Of a stretch of DNA of 64,000 nt, positions 57,471 through 64,000 are shown piece by piece. The notes beneath the pieces are model-generated. The model did not search any database and had not been told where the DNA came from. It saw only the letters and a program-made list of their open reading frames with translations. The DNA is from an uncultured Coriobacteriia bacterium (GTDB lineage Bacteria; Actinomycetota; Coriobacteriia; Anaerosomatales; CAVYJL01): NCBI GenBank assembly GCA_963768865.1, contig CAVYJL010000008.1:139580-203579 (forward strand), in the 5' to 3' direction. The position numbers and the translations under genes were made by a program. Position 1 is the stretch's first letter. Each line of letters starts with the position of its first letter.

Positions 57471-58207
57471 TCACGCTTTCGCCGCCACGCGCCTGGTGCC
57501 CGACGCGCCGAACGACTCGAAGCCCCGGTCCTCGGCAGGTATCTGGAGGGCGTCGAGGACGGCCCGCATCGGCGTGATCGATCGCCGGTGGCCCGGCGAC
57601 GATGAAGTACCAGCCGTCGTGCGGATCGATGTGGTGCTCCACGAGCCGCGGAGTGATGAAGCCGCGCTCGCCCTCCCAGTCCGGCCGAGGCCGGGCGATG
57701 ACCTCGACCAGGCGGAAGAAGTCCGCTCGGTCCGCGAAGGCTCTGAGCTCGTCGTCGAACGGAACGCAGTCCTGCGTGTTGTTGCCGTAGAAGAGCACGA
57801 GCTCGGCGCTGCCGTCCTCGCGCAGCACGCGGTCGCGGATGATGGCGCGTGCGGGCGCGACGCCTACGCCTCCCATGAGGAACGCGACACGGGTCACGTC
57901 CTGCGGGACACCGAGCCTGCCGCCGGGCCCGGAGACCGTCACCGCGTCGCCGGGCCGGAGGGCCATGAGGGCGTCTTTGAAGGCCGAGCCGGTGAGACGG
58001 GTCGCCAGTATCCATCGTGGGCTCGGATGGAGCGGCTGCGTCGGAGAACGTCTTGGTCTGGGGGCCCTCGCGGGTGTCGAGGGTGAGCCTGAACCACTGG
58101 CCGGGCCGCGCGTGGTAGCCGTCCGGCCGCGCGAAACGGAAGGTGTCAGTCGTGGAGCAGCACGGCTCCCCCGACATGAACGTCGTGGCAAAGGCCGGTA
58201 GAGCCAC
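57471..58207 (-). CDS. Ferredoxin-NADP reductase-like FAD/NAD(P)-binding oxidoreductase; two frameshifts (~58025, ~57567)
   Basis: GTG 58207 lies 6 nt after AAGGAGG. The FAD barrel reads FRFARPDGYHARPGQWFRLTL..KTFS. The NAD domain (ORF 57376..58191) reads VSGPGGRL..VAFLMGGVGVAPARAI..LFYGN..YFIVAGPPA. The C-terminus (ITPMRAVLDALQIPAEDRGFESFG..*) is recovered after removing one base in GCGATCGATCAC. Confidence 0.7.
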
Positions 58208-58300
58208 GGGCGTCCTCCTTGTACGTGATCCCGTTGCGCGTCTTCGTCCGGTGATTCCTACCCGCGCGGGTGAAGACGCGGTCCGCGGGACGGCTGGGCC

Positions 58301-58380
58301 GGGCCGGGCGGCGCGGGTTCGCCGGGGTGGGCGGCGCGGCTGGCCCGGGGCCGGGCGGGCGGTTCGCCGGGGCGGGCCGG
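58301..58380 (+). repeat. Two imperfect ~33-bp G-rich direct repeats with G-quadruplex-type spacing
   Basis: GGGCCGGGCGGCGCGGGTTCGCCGGGGTGGGCGG (58301-58334) and GGGGCCGGGCGGGCGGTTCGCCGGGGCGGGCCGG (58348-58380) lie in the divergent intergenic region. GGG-N2-GGG-N6-GGG-N6-GGGG fits the canonical G3+N1-7 pattern. Confidence 0.6.
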
Positions 58381-58388
58381 CCCTCGGC

Positions 58389-59871
58389 ATGTGGTATGAA
58401 CGGCTCATGGCATCAGACACCTTCACCGTCCACGCGCCGGAGTTCACCGAAGGGCTCGACTGGATCGGCACCGACAGGCCCCTGCGCCTGGCCGAACTGC
58501 GCGGCAAAGCTGGTGCTGCTCGACTTCTGGACGTACGGCTGAATCAACTGCATGCACGTGCTCCCGCGTGTCGGCGGAGCTTGAAGAACGGTTCCAGGAC
58601 GCGCTCGTCGTCATCGGCGTGCACGCCGGCAAGTTCGTCGAGGAGCGACGTACGGCGAACATCCGCCAGGCGTGCGCGCGTCTCGGTGTGGTACACCCGG
58701 TGGTGAACGACCGCCAGTACCGCATCTGGCGTGCGTACGCGGTGCAGGCGTGGCCCACCGTCGCTCTGGTCACGCCGGAGGGCCGCCTCGCGGAGGTGAG
58801 CGCGGGCGAGTTCGACGTCGAGGTCATGTCCTCCACCGTCGTCGCAGGTGCTCGCGCGCGCGGAGACGGACGGCACGCTCGGCGCGGCCCGTTCGACTCG
58901 GCGTGGACGCTCGCTACCCCGCCCGAGCCCGACGGCGTCCTGAGGTTCCCGACGCCGCGTGCTGCCGCCGGGGACAAGCTGTACGTGTCCGACTCAGGCC
59001 ACTTCCGAGTGCTCGAGCTGCAGGTCGAGGGGGAGACGGCGAGGTCTCGCGAACGCTCGGCAGCGGCGAGCCGGGCTTCGCGAACGGAGGAGCCGGACCA
59101 GGCGCGCTTCGTCGAGCCGCAGGGTCTCGCGGTGCGCGACTCCACGCTCTACGTCGCCGACAGGCGCAACCACACGTGCGCGCGGTCGACCTCGAGACCG
59201 GCGAGGTCACGACCGTCGCCGGCACCGGCGAGCTCGGGGACCGCGGCGTGCGCTCGGGCCCGGCGCTCGCCACGCCCCTTCGTTCTCCATGGGGCCTGCT
59301 CGCGCGCGACGGCCGGGTGCTCGTCACCATGGCGGGGACGCACCAGCTGTTCACGCTGGACCCGGCCCGCGGCAAGCTCGAGCTGTACGCCGGCACCGGC
59401 GCCGAGGCTATCGTCGACGGCATGCGGCTTCGCGCGGCACTCGCTCAGCCCACCGGCCTGGCCGGCGACCCGATGAACGTCTACTTCACCGACTGCGAGT
59501 CCTCCTCGGCGCGCCGCCTGGGCGACGGCGCCCTGAGCGCGGTGCACACCATCGTGGGCACCGGCCTGTTCGATCACGGCGACCGCGACGGGACGGGCGA
59601 CGAAGTGCGCCTCCAGCATGCCGAGGACCTGGGCGTGCACCGCCGCTCCCTGGTCGTGGCGGACACCTACAATGGCAAGCTCAAGCGCGTGACCGTGGGC
59701 GACCGGACCAGCGAGGCGTGGCCGGGGGACGCGGGCTCCGGGGACGCGCTCGTCCACCCCGCGGGCATCTGGGCCAACGACGACCGCGTGCTCGTCGCGG
59801 ACACGGGGCAGCATCGGATCGTCGTCGCCGACCCCGCCACCGGCGAGCTCACCGCTCTCGAGATCTCGTAG
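58389..59871 (+). pseudogene. Thioredoxin-like + NHL-repeat beta-propeller protein (NHLRC2-like). As sequenced it is broken by 5-7 frameshifts and an in-frame TGA at the CxxC position
   Basis: Pieces in three frames read as follows: MASDTFTVHAPEFTEGLDWIGTDRPLRLAELRGK | LVLLDFWTYG-TGA-INCMHVLP | VSAELEERFQDALVVIGVHAGKF..WPTVALV.. | NHL blades (GDKLYVSDSGHFRVLEL, PQGLAVRDSTLYVADRRNH, VRAVDLETGEVTTVAGTG, PWGLLARDGRVLVTMAG, PTGLAGDPMNVYFTD, VADTYNGKLKRV, PAGIWANDDRVLVADTGQHRIVV). Confidence 0.7.
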
Positions 59872-59892
59872 ACCCGTCCCCTCGGCCCAGGC

Positions 59893-60607
59893 TCAGTACC
59901 AGATCTCCATCGCGAGGCCTTTGCGGTCGCGCTCCGGCTCCGCGCGGCGGCAGCCTGCGCGCCACTCCCTCGAAGATGCGCGCCGCCGTCCAACAGCACG
60001 CGTGAGCATCGAGCACGTCGTCGAACGACACTGCCGAGGCCGGCCACCCGCCCCGCACGTTGAGCGGGTCGGTGAATCCGGCGTGGACGAGGGCCTCGGC
60101 ACGGTCCTGGATGCCGTTGACCGTGCGCTTGGAGGCGCGCATGGGCCCGCCGGCCATCTCGGTGAAGCTGAGCTCGGGGAAGCACTCGCGCACCGTTTGC
60201 CGGACCTGCCCGCTCATGAGCGCATCGACCTCGGCGATCTTTGGGGCGATGCCCCACGACTGGCGCGACAGGCCTATGCCCGCCGGCGAACTCGCGCGGT
60301 TGGCGGCGTTCGCCTCGTGCCAGCTCGCCGCTCGCAGCGCCGCTCGCACGGGCGGCGAGAACACCGACGTCCCGCGCTTGGGCCCGACGAGCCTGCGCGC
60401 CTCGCGGTCGCACGCGCGCCCGCCGCGCGCGGCGGCGTCGAGCAAGCCGATGGGGATGTCGACCGCGATGACGCGCGGGTTCTCGCGCATGCCCAAGACG
60501 TCGGCGAACGTGGGTTTGAGCAGGTGAAGCGTGCGCCCGCTGGACAGGTCGCGCGCGACGACGAACCAGCCTCCTCGGCACGCGTCGACGCCCGCGACCC
60601 AGGTCAT
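59893..60607 (-). CDS. DUF429 domain protein; one frameshift near 59940
   Basis: MTWVAGVDACRGGWFVV.. and VIAVDIPIGL are DUF429 hallmarks. The C-terminus ..ARRLPP|AEPERDRKGLAMEIWY* is recovered from ORF 59893..60102. Confidence 0.7.
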
Positions 60608-60617
60608 CGCCCGACCC

Positions 60618-61688
60618 CTAGAAGAAGAGCCGGCCGTGCCCTGCCGCTACGGACAGGACGTCGGCACCTGCGTAGCCCGCGAGCAGCGCTACGAGCCACG
60701 GCACGGGCCATCCGCCGGTGGGGGCCGGCGCCGAGGGATGGGCGTGTCCGCCGGACGGCGACCGGGCCGCCACGCGCGTGAGGCCCACGGCCTCGCCCGA
60801 GAGCAACGACCCGTCCAGATCGAGCTCGGCGATACGGGCCTGCCTGAAGCCCGGCGTGTAGTAGTCCTCCCAGGCCAGCTTCCCGGCCGAGACGGTGGGC
60901 GAATAGGCGACGTTCTCGCCGTCGGTCAGTTGCACCGGCTTGAGCGTCTTGAGGTCGCAGCCCCACAGCTCGGCGAGACGGTTGCCGCCGGACGTCTTGG
61001 GCCATGCGGCCCACACGACCGTGTCCCCGTCGATGCACGCCCGTTCGTGGTAGCCGGGCTCAGCGGTGATGGTGGTGATCCGGCCGGTGTCCAGGTCCAT
61101 CGAGTACAGGTTGGACCCGTCCGCGTCGCCCTCCGACCACACGAGCGTGCGGCCCGAGATGGCGGGGTCATGCTGATCGGCCTCCCTGCCCGGGACGGCC
61201 GGTGTCTCGTCGCCCGTGCGAAGGTCCAGGAGCACGATCTCTCCCAGACCCAGCCGAGGCCGGCGCTCGTAGGCGATGGTGTCGCCGGAGATGGAGGGGT
61301 CCAGATGTCCCACGAGGTTGTCGGTGAGCGTCTCCAGCTGGCCGGTCGCGAGGTCGTACATCTGCAGCTCGGGACCGGTGTCGCTAGTGTGGTTCTCGAA
61401 GACGAGGCGCTCTCCGTCCAGGGCCGGGCGCCATCGCGCGCCCACAGACCCGGGGATCACCTTGTCGGAGCCGTCGACGAGATCGCGGAGATGGAGCGTG
61501 TAGCGGCCGTCGTCGAACTGGACGTACGCGAGCCGCGAACCAGCGAGCGCGGGAGTGAAGCTGGTCTGGTCCACGACGATCTGGGCCTCGGCCGCGAGGG
61601 CGGGCTTGGGCAGGGCCAGGGCGGCCAGGAACGCGAGTGCGACCGCACCCGCCAGAAACGACCCTTCGAAGATACGGACCCTCGGCAT
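60618..61688 (-). CDS. Secreted beta-propeller repeat protein with a C-terminal hydrophobic anchor
   Basis: Signal peptide (..AFLAALALPKPALAAEA). There are about six repeats of the form P.ISG..(I/L)(A/V)(Y/W) (PSISGDTIAY, PAISGRTLVW, IDGDTVVW, PTVSAGKLAW). The C-terminus reads PAPTGGWPVPWLVALLAGYAG.., a hydrophobic tail. Confidence 0.65.
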   Translation of the reverse strand: MPRVRIFEGSFLAGAVALAFLAALALPKPALAAEAQIVVDQTSFTPALAGSRLAYVQFDDGRYTLHLRDLVDGSDKVIPGSVGARWRPALDGERLVFENHTSDTGPELQMYDLATGQLETLTDNLVGHLDPSISGDTIAYERRPRLGLGEIVLLDLRTGDETPAVPGREADQHDPAISGRTLVWSEGDADGSNLYSMDLDTGRITTITAEPGYHERACIDGDTVVWAAWPKTSGGNRLAELWGCDLKTLKPVQLTDGENVAYSPTVSAGKLAWEDYYTPGFRQARIAELDLDGSLLSGEAVGLTRVAARSPSGGHAHPSAPAPTGGWPVPWLVALLAGYAGADVLSVAAGHGRLFF

Positions 61689-61811
61689 CGCGAACCCCCT
61701 CGGTGTGCCCAGCGCTCCCCCCGGCGCACCGCTGCTAGATGCTTAAGATACCCTAAGTGGCCTGGGCGGTCATCGTGCCCGAGGGGCCGTTCATCCGCGT
61801 GAGGGACCCGG

Positions 61812-62558
61812 TCACGTGTCCAGCCCAAGCCTCCGGCGAACCGGTTCGCTCGTGAGCTCGCGCAGCACGTCTTTGGCCACCCAGCGAGCGGACCGCGACT
61901 CCGGGTCGCGGCCGTCGCCGGCATCCGCGAGTATCTCCTCGGCCGTCGCCGCCGCGCGCGCGTTGAGCGCGGCGTTGCGCTTGCCGATGTTGCGCAGCGC
62001 CCAGCTCACGGCCTTCTTGACGTAGTTGCGGCCGTCCGAGGCCTGTTCCGCAGCCAGCGGCAGCAGCTCCACGAAGCGCTCGTCGGGAGCCGCGCGGTCG
62101 TGCGACGCGAGCCCCGCCATGAGCGCGAACCCGGCTCGCTTCACGAACTCCTCCGGACGCGACGACCACTCGCGGGCCTTCTCCCAGCCGTACGGGCTCA
62201 CGTCGAACAGGCTAGTTGCGGCCTGGTCGGTGAGATCCCAGGAATCGAAGCCCAGCGCCCATGACTCCATCTGAGCGGGCGTGACCTGGGCAGGGTCGTC
62301 GACGAGTGCCGCGAGGAGCCTGGCCTCGTGGAAGCCCGTCTCCCACAGCGCGGCCGCCAGTGCGTGGTCGCCCCGGTACGGCTTGCCGAGGTCGCGCAAG
62401 GTGGCCACCGAGACGCCGAAAGCCTCGTCCACGTTGATCCCGTACCGGCTCATGCCGGCGCGGTTCTCCTCGCTGCCCAGCGCGCGCACCCGTTCGACGA
62501 TGACGATCGCCTCGGCCTGGGGGTCGGTGACGGGCGTGCGCCTGGGGGTCCTTGCCAA
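61812..62558 (-). CDS. DNA alkylation repair protein (AlkD/AlkC-like HEAT-like repeat family)
   Basis: Family-typical ..NRAGMSRYGIN..FGVSVATLR..LWETGFHEARLLA..FVKRAGFALM..NYVKKAVSWALRNIGKRN. TTG start. Confidence 0.8.
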   Translation of the reverse strand: MARTPRRTPVTDPQAEAIVIVERVRALGSEENRAGMSRYGINVDEAFGVSVATLRDLGKPYRGDHALAAALWETGFHEARLLAALVDDPAQVTPAQMESWALGFDSWDLTDQAATSLFDVSPYGWEKAREWSSRPEEFVKRAGFALMAGLASHDRAAPDERFVELLPLAAEQASDGRNYVKKAVSWALRNIGKRNAALNARAAATAEEILADAGDGRDPESRSARWVAKDVLRELTSEPVRRRLGLDT

Positions 62559-62670
62559 TGGGGCGCCTTTCGCGGGGGATCGGGGCGGCGGTCCGGAAGG
62601 CCCTCGGTTTGGGCCTGTCAGACCTGGCGCTTACGATGTTCCCGTCTTTCGTCACGGAGGGGGAACGTCC

Positions 62671-63924
62671 TTGCCTGGACCGGTGCGCTTCATACACACC
62701 GCCGACCTGCACCTCGGCGCCGCGTTCAAGCGGGTCGACGCGCCGCAGGGGCCCATGCGCGCCATGCTGCGCGACTCCACCCTCGTGGCCCTGGACAACG
62801 TAGTACAGGCCGCGCTGGAACGCGCCGTGCATCTCGTCGTGATCGCCGGCGACGTCTACGAGGACGCCGAGCCCAGCTTGCCGGTGCGCGCGCGCTTCCA
62901 GGGCGCGATGCGCCGGCTGGCGGCCGCGGGCATCCCGGTCTTCATCGTGCGCGGCAATCACGACGCGGATGCGGCCGCGCTGGAGCTCGATCTGCCCGAC
63001 AACGTCACGATCTTCGGAACGTCGGGGGTCGAGCGCGTGGAGTTGGACGCGGACGGCGCAACGGTCGCGCTCTACGGGATCAGCTACGCGCGGCCCCGTG
63101 TCACCCGCGACCTGGCGGCCGCGTACTCGCGCCAGGGCGACGAGGCGCTGGCGATCGGGATCCTCCACACCGCCGTGGGCGCCGACGCGGAGGGTGCGGC
63201 CTACGCGCCCAGCACGCTCGACGACCTGCGCCGCGCCGGCATGGACTACTGGGCCCTGGGCCACATCCACAAACCGCAGGTGCTGCTTGCCGGCGAGCCG
63301 GTCGCGGCGTACCCGGGCTCGCCGCAGGGCCTGACGCCCAACGAGACCGGGACCCATGGCTGCCGCGTGGTAGAGCTGTCCGCCGGCCGATGCGTGGCCG
63401 AGGAGATCGCGTGCGCGGCGTTCGAGTGGGCCCGTCTCGACGTGAACGTCGAGGAGAGCGCCGGGATCGACGACGTGCGCGATGCCGTGCTCGCGGCGCT
63501 CGACGCCGCCCTTCCCAAGGGCGCGGGCCTCGCTTGCAGGGTCACTTTGCGCGGCTCGACGTCCGCGCACGCCGCCTTGCAGCGCGAGACCGGCGAGAAC
63601 CTGGTCGCGACCCTGCGCGATGAGCTGTCGTCGCGCCCGGGGCCTGTGTGGCTCGACGCGCTCACCGACCTCACGACCCCGCCGCGTGATCTCGAGGCGC
63701 TGGGCCGGGACCCCGGGCTCGCCGGCGACGTCGCTCGCGCCGCGGCCGCCCTGACGGACGAACCGGAGCGGGCGGGAGCCCTCGTCGCGGAGACCACGGA
63801 CGCCGCGCTCCGGTCGGTCCCCGGCCTCACCGACGAGGACCGCTCCACCGCGGACCCGCTCGAGCTCGTGACCCGCGCGCGGGACCTCGCCCTCGACCTG
63901 CTGCTGCGAGAGGACGCGTCGTGA
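62671..63924 (+). CDS. sbcD: SbcD/Mre11-like metallophosphoesterase (DNA repair exonuclease)
   Basis: Motifs FIHTADLHLG, VIAGDVYED, IVRGNHD and LGHIHK. TTG 62671 follows GGAGGGGG. Confidence 0.8.
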   Translation: MPGPVRFIHTADLHLGAAFKRVDAPQGPMRAMLRDSTLVALDNVVQAALERAVHLVVIAGDVYEDAEPSLPVRARFQGAMRRLAAAGIPVFIVRGNHDADAAALELDLPDNVTIFGTSGVERVELDADGATVALYGISYARPRVTRDLAAAYSRQGDEALAIGILHTAVGADAEGAAYAPSTLDDLRRAGMDYWALGHIHKPQVLLAGEPVAAYPGSPQGLTPNETGTHGCRVVELSAGRCVAEEIACAAFEWARLDVNVEESAGIDDVRDAVLAALDAALPKGAGLACRVTLRGSTSAHAALQRETGENLVATLRDELSSRPGPVWLDALTDLTTPPRDLEALGRDPGLAGDVARAAAALTDEPERAGALVAETTDAALRSVPGLTDEDRSTADPLELVTRARDLALDLLLREDAS

Positions 63925-64000
63925 GGCTGCGACGCATAGAGGCCGAGCGATACGGGGCCCTCGCCGAGGCGCGCTTGGGCGAACTGGGCGACGGTCTCAC
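63921..64000 (+). CDS. SbcC/YhaN-like AAA ATPase, N-terminal fragment (continues beyond the window)
   Basis: GTG overlaps the sbcD-like stop (GTGA). VRLRRIEAERYGALAEARLGELGDGL matches the usual N-terminus of Rad50/SbcC-type partners. Confidence 0.55.
   Translation, partial: MRLRRIEAERYGALAEARLGELGDGL

Noticed and set aside
1-64000. CRISPR arrays, transposases, integrases, prophage blocks and canonical defence islands.
   Set aside because: I found no regularly spaced repeats, no recombinase- or transposase-like ORFs, and no recognisable restriction, abortive-infection or CBASS-type gene sets. Fic and the sbcCD-like pair are the only loosely defence-associated genes, and both have ordinary housekeeping explanations.

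Overview
Very GC-rich, gene-dense chromosomal segment from a high-GC Gram-positive-type bacterium (Actinomycetota, or a high-GC Bacillota such as Symbiobacterium or Thermaerobacter; I cannot decide from sequence). I support about 55 protein genes, one tRNA-Arg(CCT), two riboswitch-class leaders and several operator-like palindromes and terminators. The M-box precedes a PRC/MgtE-N/CBS gene and an NRAMP-related gene. The T-box precedes an aminotransferase-ddl pair. I saw no transposase, integrase, prophage or CRISPR array. Gene content in order: pstA-pstB; a TolB-like membrane protein; a large secreted multihaem cytochrome fused to three CWB2 wall-binding repeats; a NitT/TauT-type ABC importer; a galT-like gene and a HAD hydrolase; arsM/arsR; the Mg2+ module; ddl; a serpin lipoprotein next to a priming sugar-phosphotransferase; a TetR-MacAB-like efflux operon; UPF0182; two inverted paralogous HEAT-repeat + HD-GYP cassettes; Maf; Fic; a TMEM175-type K+ channel operon; a thioredoxin-NHL gene; an AlkD-like gene; and sbcD/sbcC-like genes. 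The strongest candidates for new biology are the wall-tethered multihaem cytochrome, the duplicated HEAT/HD-GYP signalling cassette, the M-box-NRMT module and the T-box-aminotransferase-ddl unit. A possible UGA (Sec) at a CxxC redox site is also worth checking. About 25 genes' worth of reading frame are broken by single-base frameshifts, and about half of the breaks sit on GATC with several more on CCGG. This looks like motif-linked indel error (or motif-linked mutation) rather than real gene decay. I therefore report composite coordinates for the interrupted genes and flag each one. All family assignments come from reading motifs by eye; no searches were run.
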